Under the pieces are notes generated by a model. The model worked only from the letters and a program-made list of their open reading frames with translations, was not told where the DNA came from and did not search any database. Position numbers and translations under genes: made by a program. Positions 15,014 to 24,313 of a stretch of 64,000 nt of DNA are shown one piece after another. How positions within the stretch are numbered: position 1 is the first letter of the stretch; the number at the start of each line of letters is the position of its first letter. Location of the stretch: positions 10,373 to 74,372 of the forward strand of contig JACRLB010000032.1 of assembly GCA_016235445.1 (NCBI GenBank), written 5' to 3'. This DNA comes from Chloroflexota bacterium (GTDB taxonomy: Bacteria; Chloroflexota; Anaerolineae; Anaerolineales; Villigracilaceae).

Positions 15014-15106
15014 CGTCATTGCGAGAGTGATGCTCTTTCGCTCGAAGCAATCTCCATAATATGAGGAGACTGCTTCGTCGCCAAAAAGCGTCTCCTCGCA
15101 GTGACG
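15014..15106. repeat. REP-like palindromic element (gtcattgcgag...gaagcaatctc family)
   Basis: cgtcattgcgag/ctcgcagtgacg outer arms and gaagcaatctcc/ggagactgcttc inner arms; second copy at 17083-17199. Confidence 0.8.
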
Positions 15107-15126
15107 GATAATCAAAGAGGAGTTTC

Positions 15127-17079
15127 ATGAATAAAATAGTGAATGATTTTTCGATCACCGTTGGCACAAAGAACGGCTCCGGCAGTTCCACAGCCAACAA
15201 CACCATCCTGCGTTCTGTTTTCAAGATGGGCATTCCCGTTTCGGGCAAGAACCTGTTTCCTTCCAATATTCAGGGCTTGCCGACCTGGTACACCATCCGT
15301 GTGAATAAGGATGGATTTATTGGTCGACAGGATGTCAACGACATCGTGATTGCGATGAACCCCGATTCGTTCGTGCGGGACCTGGCATCTGTTGCGCCGA
15401 ACGGGGCTTTTTTCTACTCTGACGATATCAAGCAGCCCATCACCCGCACAGATGTCGCCGTCTACCCGATGCCGATCAAAACCATCGTGAAGAACGACCC
15501 GAACGTGCCCACGGATTATCGCGACCTCGTAGGCAACATGGTGTATGTAGGCGTGCTGGCCCAAATGATCGGCATGGATATGGACAAAATCCTTGCCGCG
15601 CTGACCTTTCATTTCAAGGGCAAACAAAAACCCATTGACATGAACTTCAACGCCCTGAAAGCAGGCGCAGAATGGGCGAAGGCGAATCTCGAAAAGAAAG
15701 ACCCCTATTTTGTCGAAGCCATGAACAAGACAGATGGCCTCATCATGGCAGATGGCAACACCGCAGGCGCGCTTGGCTCCATTTTTGGCGGCGTGCAATT
15801 TGCGGGCTGGTATCCGATTACGCCTGCCACTTCGTTGGCCGAAGGCTTGAACGATTATTTGCCTGTGCTCCGTAAACGCGAAGATGGCAAACACACCTAT
15901 GCCATTGTGCAGGCAGAAGACGAACTCGCCGCGCTCGGCATGGCAATTGGCGCGGGCTGGGCTGGCCTGCGCTCGATGACATCCACCTCTGGCCCCGGCC
16001 TTTCGTTGATGACCGAGTTTGCCGGGCTGGCTTATTACGCCGAAGTGCCCGTTGTCATTTGGGATGTACAGCGCATTGGCCCCAGCACTGGTTTGCCCAC
16101 CCGCACCTCACAAGCTGATTTGACCTTTACCCATTTTATCGGTCACGGTGATTCTCATTCCATCATCCTGTTGCCCGGTGACGTGTACGAGTGCTTTGAG
16201 TTTGGCTGGCAATCCTTTGACATTGCCGAACGCGCGCAGACTCCCGTGTTCGTGTTGAGCGATCTCGATATGGGCATGAACCAGTGGATGAGCAAGCCTT
16301 TCAAATACCCCGAAACTCCGATGGATCGCGGCAAGGTTCTCTGGGAAAAAGACCTTGAAGAGATCAAAGGCAACTGGGGACGTTACCTTGATAAGGACGG
16401 CGATGGCATTCCCTATCGCACCTTCCCCGGCAACAAGCATCCGTTGAGCGCGTACTTCACCCGCGGCACAGGTCATGATGAATATGCAAAATATTCTGAA
16501 GATGCCGGCGCGTACATGCGCAATATGGAGCGGTTGAAACTGAAGCATTACAACGCGGCAAACTACATGCCCAAGCCTGTTAATCACCCGATCAAAGGCG
16601 CAACAGTCGGCATCATCGCTTATGGCTCAACGGAAAATGCGGTGCTCGAGGCGCAACATCATCTGGCAAAGGATGACGGCATCCATGCGGATTTTCTGCG
16701 CGTGCGCGCCATTCCTTTTACGGAAGAAGTTACACAGTTCATTGAAAAATACGATCAGGTCTTCATTGTGGAAATGAACCGCGACGGGCAGATGTACCAG
16801 ATCCTGCTGACGGAGTATCCACAGTTTGCCGGGAAGTTCAAGTCTGTGGCGTATCATGATGGTTTGCCTGCGGCGGCGAAGTGGGTTCGCGAGGGAATTC
16901 TTCAAAAGTATGAAGGCGGAAGGATGAAGGATGAAGGTGGAAAGCGAAAGAAAACGTCTGCCAAGAAAATGACGACGAAAGCTGTAGCAGGCTCAAAGAT
17001 TAAGAAAGAAGCGAGCAAGAAGCCTGTCAAGAAATCTGTTGCCAAGTCCAAGTCAACTGCGAAGGCGAAGAAGAAATAA
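15127..17079 (+). CDS. korA: 2-oxoacid:ferredoxin oxidoreductase alpha subunit with Lys-rich C-terminal tail
   Basis: N-terminal gamma-like domain (NGSGS), AGWYPITPAT, QAEDELAA, TSTSGPGLSLM, DVQRIGPSTGLPT. Substrate specificity is not determinable from sequence. Confidence 0.9.
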   Translation: MNKIVNDFSITVGTKNGSGSSTANNTILRSVFKMGIPVSGKNLFPSNIQGLPTWYTIRVNKDGFIGRQDVNDIVIAMNPDSFVRDLASVAPNGAFFYSDDIKQPITRTDVAVYPMPIKTIVKNDPNVPTDYRDLVGNMVYVGVLAQMIGMDMDKILAALTFHFKGKQKPIDMNFNALKAGAEWAKANLEKKDPYFVEAMNKTDGLIMADGNTAGALGSIFGGVQFAGWYPITPATSLAEGLNDYLPVLRKREDGKHTYAIVQAEDELAALGMAIGAGWAGLRSMTSTSGPGLSLMTEFAGLAYYAEVPVVIWDVQRIGPSTGLPTRTSQADLTFTHFIGHGDSHSIILLPGDVYECFEFGWQSFDIAERAQTPVFVLSDLDMGMNQWMSKPFKYPETPMDRGKVLWEKDLEEIKGNWGRYLDKDGDGIPYRTFPGNKHPLSAYFTRGTGHDEYAKYSEDAGAYMRNMERLKLKHYNAANYMPKPVNHPIKGATVGIIAYGSTENAVLEAQHHLAKDDGIHADFLRVRAIPFTEEVTQFIEKYDQVFIVEMNRDGQMYQILLTEYPQFAGKFKSVAYHDGLPAAAKWVREGILQKYEGGRMKDEGGKRKKTSAKKMTTKAVAGSKIKKEASKKPVKKSVAKSKSTAKAKKK

Positions 17080-17082
17080 CCC

Positions 17083-17199
17083 GTCATTCCCCGTTCGGGG
17101 ACGATGTGCGAGCCGCGCTCTTGCACTTTGCGGCGAAGCAATCTCGGCAACAGTGTTGGAGATTGCTTCGGGCAAAAACAAGAGCGCCCTCGCAATGAC
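17083..17199. repeat. REP-like palindromic element, second copy, in the korA-korB spacer
   Basis: gtcatt...gcgag, gaagcaatctc/gagattgcttc, ctcgcaatgac; extra ccccgttcgggg hairpin in the left arm. Confidence 0.75.
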
Positions 17200-17226
17200 A
17201 AATAGAGAAAAACAGGAGTAAATAAA

Positions 17227-18282
17227 ATGACAGAAACTCTCCCCATGGCTGGCGTGACGGCAAACGTCAATCTCGCTGGCTTATCCAAAAATGATTATCG
17301 TGGCGCGCCCACCACTTTGTGCCAGGGCTGTGGACATAACTCGATCTCGAACCAGATCGTGACCGCGCTGTATGAAATGAACACCGTGCCCGAAGATGTG
17401 ATGAAGTTCAGCGGTATCGGGTGTTCGTCTAAATCACCCACTTACTTTTTGAACCGTACTTTTGGATTCAACAGCCTGCACGGACGGATGCCGTCCATTG
17501 CGACGGGCGCGTTATTTGCGGATGCGCGCATGAAAGGCATTGGCGTTTCAGGCGACGGCGACTCTGCCAGCATTGGCATGGGACAGTTCAAGCACATCAT
17601 GCGCCGCAATGTAAACATGGTGTACATCGTTGAGAATAACGGCGTGTACGGCCTTACCAAAGGTCAGTTCTCGGCCACCGCTGAAAGGGGCTTGCAGTTG
17701 AAGAAGCAGGGCGAGAATCCTTACATGCCCGTTGATATTTGCATGGAAGCGCTCGTCTCCAATGCGACTTTTGTGGCGCGTTCTTTCGCGGGCAACCCCA
17801 AACAAGTGAAGGAATTGCTCAAGGTTGCGCTCGCTCATGATGGCATCGCCGTGCTGGACATCATCAGCCCGTGCGTGACTTTCAACAATCAGGAAAACGC
17901 TTTCCATTCCTACGCTTGGGGCAAGGATCACGAAGAACCCCTGCACGAGATTTCGTACATCGCCCCGCGCAATGAGATCATCCTCGAACGCGAAATGGAA
18001 GATGGCGAAGTGCGTGAAGTTGCCATGCACGACGGTTCGACGGTCATCTTGAAAAATCTCGAAAGAGGGTACGATCCTACCAACCGCTACGAAGCCCTGC
18101 GTGTGATGGAAGAAGCCCAGCGCAACAACTGGCTGGTGACGGGTATCCTGTACGTGAACACCACCAAGCCGAATCTGACGTCCATCTACAATTTGGTGGA
18201 TACTCCGCTCAACCGCCTCACTGAAGTTGACCTGCGGCCTGAGCGCGCGATGATAGACAAAATCAACTCGTTGATGTTCTAA
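17227..18282 (+). CDS. korB: 2-oxoacid:ferredoxin oxidoreductase beta subunit
   Basis: LCQGCGH, SGIGCSSK, GDGD...ENNGVYGLTKGQ TPP-binding motif, SPCVTFN. Confidence 0.92.
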   Translation: MTETLPMAGVTANVNLAGLSKNDYRGAPTTLCQGCGHNSISNQIVTALYEMNTVPEDVMKFSGIGCSSKSPTYFLNRTFGFNSLHGRMPSIATGALFADARMKGIGVSGDGDSASIGMGQFKHIMRRNVNMVYIVENNGVYGLTKGQFSATAERGLQLKKQGENPYMPVDICMEALVSNATFVARSFAGNPKQVKELLKVALAHDGIAVLDIISPCVTFNNQENAFHSYAWGKDHEEPLHEISYIAPRNEIILEREMEDGEVREVAMHDGSTVILKNLERGYDPTNRYEALRVMEEAQRNNWLVTGILYVNTTKPNLTSIYNLVDTPLNRLTEVDLRPERAMIDKINSLMF

Positions 18283-18293
18283 GCCGCCAACCT

Positions 18294-18334
18294 AACCCTC
18301 ACCCCTACCCCTCTCCCTAAAAGGGAGAGGGGTT
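18294..18334. repeat. REP-like ccctcacccc...ccctctccc/gggagaggg hairpin
   Basis: aacc-ctc...ccctctccct/agggagaggggtt. Confidence 0.6.
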
Positions 18335-18343
18335 TTGATAAAT

Positions 18344-19666
18344 ATGACAACAGAAACCACAACCGAAAAACTTGATTTCAAAAAAATCCTGCCCGTGCTC
18401 GTCATCGTCCTCGTGGACTTGATGGGGCTTTCGATCATCATTCCGCTACTCCCTTTGTACGCGGCGCGCTTTGGCTCCTCGCCATTGGTGATCGGAATTT
18501 TGCAGGCCACGTATCCGTTCATGCAATTTATTGGCGCGCCCATCCTGGGAAGGCTTTCAGACCGTTTCGGACGGAAACCAATTCTGGTCGCGAGTCAGAT
18601 CGGCACACTGGCTGGCTTCATCCTGCTCGGGTTTGCGGATTCGCTCTTTCTGCTTTTTGTCTCCCGCATCATTGACGGTCTCTCTGGCGCGAACATCGCC
18701 ACTGCCCAGGCCGCCATCGCAGACAGCACCACCGAAAAGACGCGCACTCAAGGACTGGGACTCATCGGCGCATCGTTCGGTGTCGGCTTTGTACTTGGCC
18801 CCATTATCGCATTCATCGTTCTTGCCGCCACGGGACAAAATTATCGCGCCGTCGCTTTCACTGCCGCGCTGTTCTCGCTCGTCTCAATTTTGCTGACGGT
18901 ATTCTGGTTCAAGGAAACGTACGCGGAAGTTGAAAACCCCGAAGCATCACGCAAGCGGCGTCCTTTCACCTTCACTATCATGCGCAACGCCCTCAACCGT
19001 CCCGCCATCGGATTCCTCCTTATCATCATGTTCTTCTATCAGGTGGCCTTCGGCGGCTACGAACAACTCTTTTCATTGTTCACCCTCACCCGCCTCGGCA
19101 TGGACGCGCGCGACACATCGGGTCTCTTTGCGCTGGCAGGCGTTTTGATCATCGTTGTGCAAGGCGGGCTGGTTGGGCGCTGGTCGAAAGTAAAAGGTGA
19201 TCGTTGGCTGGTTCTCATGGGGCTGGGCGCGCTCGCCGTCGGGTTGATCGGAACCGCACTCACACCCGCCATTCCCGTTCCATGGTATGAAAAAGCAAAG
19301 GTTCTCGAAAGCATGGCAGGGCAGGGCAGTTTCCGCGTCTCCATTCAAAGCATCAACATCAATCTGCCCGATGAAGCCGCACGAAGCTGGTTCGGCATCC
19401 TTTGGCTGATGGTTGCCAGCATCCCTGCCGCATTGGGTGGCGGCGTCCTGCATCCCGCCATCAACAGCCTCATCACCAAAACTGCTGATAAAAGCGAAGT
19501 GGGCGGCGCATTGGGTGTTTCCACTGCGGCATACAGTGCAGCCAATGCGGTTGCCCCACTTTTTTACGGCGCGCTATTTCAATATTTCGGCGGGCCTGTT
19601 CCATTTTTTGTAGGCGGGTTGATCCTGGCAATTTTATGGTTCTTCGCGCCGAGGGTTGTCAAGTAA
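18344..19666 (+). CDS. MFS transporter (TetA/DHA1-like)
   Basis: GRLSDRFGRKP motif A, GFVLGPIIA motif C, about 12 TM segments. Start at 18335 or 18344. Confidence 0.9.
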   Translation: MTTETTTEKLDFKKILPVLVIVLVDLMGLSIIIPLLPLYAARFGSSPLVIGILQATYPFMQFIGAPILGRLSDRFGRKPILVASQIGTLAGFILLGFADSLFLLFVSRIIDGLSGANIATAQAAIADSTTEKTRTQGLGLIGASFGVGFVLGPIIAFIVLAATGQNYRAVAFTAALFSLVSILLTVFWFKETYAEVENPEASRKRRPFTFTIMRNALNRPAIGFLLIIMFFYQVAFGGYEQLFSLFTLTRLGMDARDTSGLFALAGVLIIVVQGGLVGRWSKVKGDRWLVLMGLGALAVGLIGTALTPAIPVPWYEKAKVLESMAGQGSFRVSIQSININLPDEAARSWFGILWLMVASIPAALGGGVLHPAINSLITKTADKSEVGGALGVSTAAYSAANAVAPLFYGALFQYFGGPVPFFVGGLILAILWFFAPRVVK

Positions 19667-19706
19667 GGGCACAGCAACGCCGTGCCCCAACGGTATAATC
19701 GGGGAA

Positions 19707-20111
19707 ATGAAAAATCTCGACTCAGAAATCTCGCTCGAATACATCCGATCCTCAGGCCCCGGCGGACAAAACGTCAACAAAGTTGCGACAGCCGTCCAAC
19801 TGCGCTTTGACGTAACCAACTCCCCCACCCTCGCCTCAGACCTAAAGGGACGGCTGACTCTGCTTGCTGGTAAACGCCTCACCGCTGACGGTGTCCTCAT
19901 CATCGAAGCAAAGAAATTCCGCACGCAGGAACAAAACCGCGAAGACGCCATCCAGAGATTCTATGAATTGATTCGCAAGGCAGGCGAAAAACCAAAGCCG
20001 CGCCATAAAACAAAGCCAACAAAAGCGTCGAAAGAGGAAAGACTAAAGGGGAAAAAGAAACGGGGCGAGGTTAAGAAAATGAGGCGGGATAAGAAAATTT
20101 TTGAAGAATGA
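19707..20111 (+). CDS. arfB: Alternative ribosome rescue factor B (peptidyl-tRNA hydrolase YaeJ)
   Basis: RSSGPGGQNVNKV, RTQEQNREDA, basic C-terminal tail (KTKPTKASKEERL). ATG 19707 preferred. Confidence 0.93.
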   Translation: MKNLDSEISLEYIRSSGPGGQNVNKVATAVQLRFDVTNSPTLASDLKGRLTLLAGKRLTADGVLIIEAKKFRTQEQNREDAIQRFYELIRKAGEKPKPRHKTKPTKASKEERLKGKKKRGEVKKMRRDKKIFEE

Positions 20112-20175
20112 TTTGTGAATTTATGCGGCGCTCTGTAATTCAATCAACTTCGCCTTCAATAGCTTGAAAGAGTAT

Positions 20176-20294
20176 AGGACTTACGCAGAACGCTTTTTTG
20201 TCCGCTAATCTACGCCAATCCACGCGAATTTTTAAAAGGATTAGCGTAAATTCGTGGAGATTAGTGGACTCAATCAAGGTTTTGCGTAAATCCT
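20176..20294. mobile_element. MITE-like element
   Basis: TIR aggacttacgcagaac / gttttgcgtaaatcct (14/16), gagtat on both flanks, internal 9-nt-periodic palindrome. Confidence 0.65.
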
Positions 20295-20300
20295 GAGTAT

Positions 20301-20331
20301 AAAAAAACGCCCTTTGATCAGGGCGATTTTT
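20301..20331. terminator. Bidirectional terminator
   Basis: A7-cgccct/agggcg-T-rich, between convergent arfB and the DUF2283 gene. Confidence 0.65.
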
Positions 20332-20337
20332 ATCATT

Positions 20338-20706
20338 TTATGCCGCCACCAAGATTGGTGGTTTTTCCACAGAAGTAATCGGCACGATCTCGGCAGATGA
20401 AGGCATATAACTGGAAACCTTCAAAATCTGATTAACGGGCAGGGAAGTGATAATTTCAACCACTGTCTCCCGCCATTCAGGTTCAAGGTCCTTCAAGCCA
20501 CTCAAAGGAAAACTGCGCGGGCCTAATGTGGTGAGCTGTACCAGCACGGAAAAATCCATTAGTGTTAAGCCAATTGCGCGTTTCTCAGCCCGGTTGAAAC
20601 GCAAAAGGATGTTTTCGTTCAACTCCACTGCGGCAGTTGGCTTTTCACCTGGTGAAAACGAGATATATAAAACGTCCGCTTCTTTATCATAGGAATAAGT
20701 TGACAT
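20338..20706 (-). CDS. DUF2283 domain-containing protein
   Basis: YDKEADVLYISF...ILLRFN...IGLTLMDFS pattern. Confidence 0.75.
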   Translation of the reverse strand: MSTYSYDKEADVLYISFSPGEKPTAAVELNENILLRFNRAEKRAIGLTLMDFSVLVQLTTLGPRSFPLSGLKDLEPEWRETVVEIITSLPVNQILKVSSYMPSSAEIVPITSVEKPPILVAA

Positions 20707-20732
20707 TCAATTCATCCTTCATCCTTCATAAT

Positions 20733-22556
20733 TCATCCTTTCTCCCACAAATCCTGCGCCGCTTCATCCAATCCCAACTCCGTCAACTTCTTCCTTGTTG
20801 GTTTGCCCGTTTCCCAATCCCAGCCGCGGGCTTCATAATAAGCCGCCAGCATGGATTGGAAATCCAGCACGAAGCCTGCCGCGCCGCCTTCATTGTACGG
20901 CTCTAGAAATGCCTTGGGGAGTTTGTCATTCGCGCGAGTCAGCCCCATGCGGTTGTTGATGGCGCGTTTCAAATTCCAGCCGCGCTCGCCAGTTTTCATC
21001 ATATCTTCGAGAGTCCACTCATAGCCGCAGGCCGCGTTGATTAAGCTCACCTGCTCATTCGGGTCAATCGTCGCAAAGATGCACATCACAAAGGCATTGG
21101 AAACGGTGCGCCAATCCTGGTGTTTCGCAACATTCGCCGCCTTCTCCGCCTGCGCGTGACGGTCAAAATAGTTGATGCCGATACGCTCTTCGATATGACC
21201 CAACTCCACCATGAAATAATCCGATTGATTGTGGCACGCCCCGCGCGGACTGGTCGCATACGACAAAGCCATCCCTGAAACGCCGCGCGGATCGTGATAC
21301 GCAACTTCGAGTCCATTCACTTGCACGGCTTCATCTTCCGCACCGAACGCCGCGCCAACTTGGCGCGACCCACGCGAAAGCAATTCGCCAATCCCTTCAC
21401 GGCGCGCGATCATGTGAATTAATTGTCTCACAGCCAGCATATCTCCCCACTTCAATTCAAGCCCGCCAGTATCCTGCTTCGTTAATTTGCCCGTCTCGAA
21501 AAGATGAAACGCGAGTCCAATCGTGTTGGCCGCGCTGATCGTGTCCATGCCGTAGCGGTCGCACAACTCGCCGAGGCGGGTAATTTCTGCCAAATCATCA
21601 TTCAACAAATTCGGCCCAAAGCCCACAATCGTTTCCCACTCCGGCCCTTTGCGTTTCGCGCCATCATCCAGCTTCACCACACGCCCGCACGCAATCACGC
21701 ATCCCTGACACGCGTGATATCCAACCAAAATAGACTCGGCCATTTTCGCGCCAGAGATATGATCCACATTCGGGAACGAACCCTGGTGATAATATTTCGA
21801 CGGCATCGAACCCATATACTCAAATAAATTCGCCGTGCCTGCCGTGCCAATCTCATGAAAGAACTTTGTCTCGTTGCTCTGCTTGAGCGTACGATTCGAC
21901 TCTGATCGCAAAGCCGCATATTGCTCTTCGCGTGCGACACTGAATTTCTTCGTCCCATGCACCGCAACGGCTTTGAGATTCTTCGACCCCATCACCGCGC
22001 CAAGCCCCGTGCGCCCCGCCATGCGCCCGTGGTCACAGCAAATGGACGCGTACAAAACTCCGCGCTCCCCCGCCTCGCCAATCACTGCGACTCTCGCTCC
22101 TTTGACTCCAACTTCCTCTTTGACAATTTCCTGCGTCTGATAGACATCCTTCCCCCAAACATTCGCCGCATTCCTAACCTCAAACCTGCCTTCTTCAACC
22201 CAGACATATACCGGGCTTTGAGCTTTTCCTGTGATCCACAAACCGTCATATCCAGCCTTGCGCAGTTCAGGCCCCCAGAATCCACCGATATTTGATTCAG
22301 CCCAAAGGTGAGTAGCGGGGCTTTTCCCGCAAATGACAAAGCGGCCTGTGGTCGGCCCGTTCGTACCCGTGAGCGGCCCGTTGATGAACAGCAAAGGCGA
22401 CTCAGCCGAAAGTGGGTCGAGTTCCTTCGTTAAGTATGGATACAAAATCCGAGCGGCCAGCGATGCGCCGCCAAGATAATCACGCTCCCATTCTTTGGGG
22501 ATGATGAATTCTTCGGTTGTGTTGTCGGTGAGGTTGATTTTTAATATCGGTAACAT
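20733..22556 (-). CDS. aor: Tungsten-dependent aldehyde:ferredoxin oxidoreductase family protein
   Basis: GRTGLGAVMGSKNLKAV, CQGCVIACG, GPEWET, CDRYGMDTIS, DPRG, TSPRGACH. Confidence 0.92.
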   Translation of the reverse strand: MLPILKINLTDNTTEEFIIPKEWERDYLGGASLAARILYPYLTKELDPLSAESPLLFINGPLTGTNGPTTGRFVICGKSPATHLWAESNIGGFWGPELRKAGYDGLWITGKAQSPVYVWVEEGRFEVRNAANVWGKDVYQTQEIVKEEVGVKGARVAVIGEAGERGVLYASICCDHGRMAGRTGLGAVMGSKNLKAVAVHGTKKFSVAREEQYAALRSESNRTLKQSNETKFFHEIGTAGTANLFEYMGSMPSKYYHQGSFPNVDHISGAKMAESILVGYHACQGCVIACGRVVKLDDGAKRKGPEWETIVGFGPNLLNDDLAEITRLGELCDRYGMDTISAANTIGLAFHLFETGKLTKQDTGGLELKWGDMLAVRQLIHMIARREGIGELLSRGSRQVGAAFGAEDEAVQVNGLEVAYHDPRGVSGMALSYATSPRGACHNQSDYFMVELGHIEERIGINYFDRHAQAEKAANVAKHQDWRTVSNAFVMCIFATIDPNEQVSLINAACGYEWTLEDMMKTGERGWNLKRAINNRMGLTRANDKLPKAFLEPYNEGGAAGFVLDFQSMLAAYYEARGWDWETGKPTRKKLTELGLDEAAQDLWEKG

Positions 22557-22568
22557 GTATAAATTCTT

Positions 22569-22768
22569 GGCTCATGTGTAGACTCTGTGCAAGAGAGCAA
22601 ACCCTTTAACGCGAACACTTGCGCCGCGCGCCAGTGCGGTGTTACGCATAGCGGGCGAATAACTCGAATTTTTTCGCGTTATTCGCTACATTCGGAAAAT
22701 TCGCGTTAAGATTTTCGGTTTTTAAAGGCATTGCGTATGGCCGCATGCATACTCTTTACACATGAGCC
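22569..22768. mobile_element. ISL3-like MITE (200 bp) immediately upstream of aor
   Basis: Ends GGCTCATGTGTA / TACACATGAGCC with a perfect 8-bp direct repeat aaattctt (22561-22568 and 22769-22776). Confidence 0.8.
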
Positions 22769-22834
22769 AAATTCTTTCTTCTTTCTTCTTTGCGCCATGA
22801 AAGACGAAAGAAGAAAGAAGGTGAACACAAGTAA

Positions 22835-23245
22835 TTACAGAATATCCGTTGTCACTTCCTGCGCCACGCGGACAAAGTCCAACACGGTGGGGACGTTTCG
22901 CATCATGTAGCCCATACTGCCGTTGACCTTTAATTTCATGGTCATCATGGCGGTCATCGGATTCAGTTTGCCTGTCAACACGGCGGTGATGTTGTTGTAG
23001 CTTGCGGTTAACGTGAAGGTTGGTTTTGGGTAGGCGGATGCCTCAGGGTTGTAGACTGTTTTTCGGCACGCCCCATGCCACAGGTCCAGGTAGAAGCGGA
23101 GGGGTTCTTTCAGGTTGCCTTCCGGTTCGATATCAAAGAACAAATCCCCCTCCCAATTCCTTGCAATCTCGCTATATTTTTCATCCGAATTCAGCTTAAC
23201 TTCCAGTTCTTTCAACCATTGTTCACTGGGAAAAATTGCAGACAT
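22835..23245 (-). CDS. SCP2 sterol/lipid-binding domain protein
   Basis: FPSEQW...GKLNPMTAMMTMKLKVNG SCP2 pattern. Start 23245 preferred over the ORF-track start 23485. Confidence 0.85.
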   Translation of the reverse strand: MSAIFPSEQWLKELEVKLNSDEKYSEIARNWEGDLFFDIEPEGNLKEPLRFYLDLWHGACRKTVYNPEASAYPKPTFTLTASYNNITAVLTGKLNPMTAMMTMKLKVNGSMGYMMRNVPTVLDFVRVAQEVTTDIL

Positions 23246-23408
23246 GACGCCGCCTCCAAACAGGATTTGACGCAATTGTACCATTCTGAAATAGATGCCG
23301 AAATATCCTTGCGTAAATAAAAAAAATGGTCTATGCTTAAAGCACGGGATGGGATCATCCCGTGGCAATTTAATAATTGCCCAATTTTTATTTCTCTTGG
23401 AGGAGCAA

Positions 23409-24227
23409 ATGAAAAAACTGTTTACGCTGGCCAGCCTGTTGGTTTTGGCCTCTCTTGTTCTTGCCGCTTGTGGCACACCAGCCACCGAAGCCCCCGTTGC
23501 GCCCGCCCCCTCTACCGGCGGAATGCCCGACCTGGGCGGACGGGAAATTCGGATTGCCGTGGAGAACGCCTACAATCCGTTCAACTTCATCGATGAAGCT
23601 ACAGGAACGGGCGTCGGGTACGATTACGATCTATTTGCCGAAGCCTGCAAGCGGCTGAATTGCAAGCCCACTTTCGTGCAGACAAGTTGGGATACGATTG
23701 TGGCTGTAATGGGCGGCACCGGCCAGGCTGAGTTCGACATCGCCGCCGATGGCATCACCATCACCGCCGAGCGCGCCGAGAAAGTGGATTTCTCCACGCC
23801 CTACATCAAACTTGCCCAGCAACTGCTTGTGCAAGCGAACGAAACCCGCTTCACCAGCCCCGATGAATTGAAAGCTCTGGGCGAATTCAAAGTAGGCGCA
23901 CAGCCCGGCACAACCAACTACGATCTGGCTGTTGAATTGTTCGGCGAAGAAAACATCGTCGCATTCGACCAATATGGTCTGATCGTGCAGGCTCTGATCA
24001 ACGGCGATATTGACGCCACAGTCATGGACAACGTCGCTGGCGAAGGCTACATCGGCGCAAACCCCGATAAGCTCAAACTTGTCGGCGACGAGCTTACCAG
24101 CGAAGAACTGGGCTTCGTCTTCCCCAAAGGCAGTGACCTGCTCGAGCCGATCAATCTCGTGCTCGCTGAAATGAAAGCCGATGGCACTCTCGACACAATC
24201 TATGCCAAGTGGTTCCTCACTGAATAA
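23409..24227 (+). CDS. Polar amino-acid ABC transporter substrate-binding lipoprotein
   Basis: ggagga SD, LVLAAC lipobox, PBP3-type motifs ([31 protein letters not shown]). Confidence 0.92.
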   Translation: MKKLFTLASLLVLASLVLAACGTPATEAPVAPAPSTGGMPDLGGREIRIAVENAYNPFNFIDEATGTGVGYDYDLFAEACKRLNCKPTFVQTSWDTIVAVMGGTGQAEFDIAADGITITAERAEKVDFSTPYIKLAQQLLVQANETRFTSPDELKALGEFKVGAQPGTTNYDLAVELFGEENIVAFDQYGLIVQALINGDIDATVMDNVAGEGYIGANPDKLKLVGDELTSEELGFVFPKGSDLLEPINLVLAEMKADGTLDTIYAKWFLTE

Positions 24228-24242
24228 GTAATTCAGATAACC

Positions 24243-24280
24243 GAGACCTGCCGGGAAAATCATCTCGGCAGGTCTCTTTC
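24243..24280 (+). terminator. Stem-loop between the SBP and permease genes
   Basis: gagacctgccg/cggcaggtctc 11-bp stem followed by tttc. Confidence 0.6.
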
Positions 24281-24313
24281 CTTCCACCCACTTTTCTGCC
24301 GGGATAATTCTCC

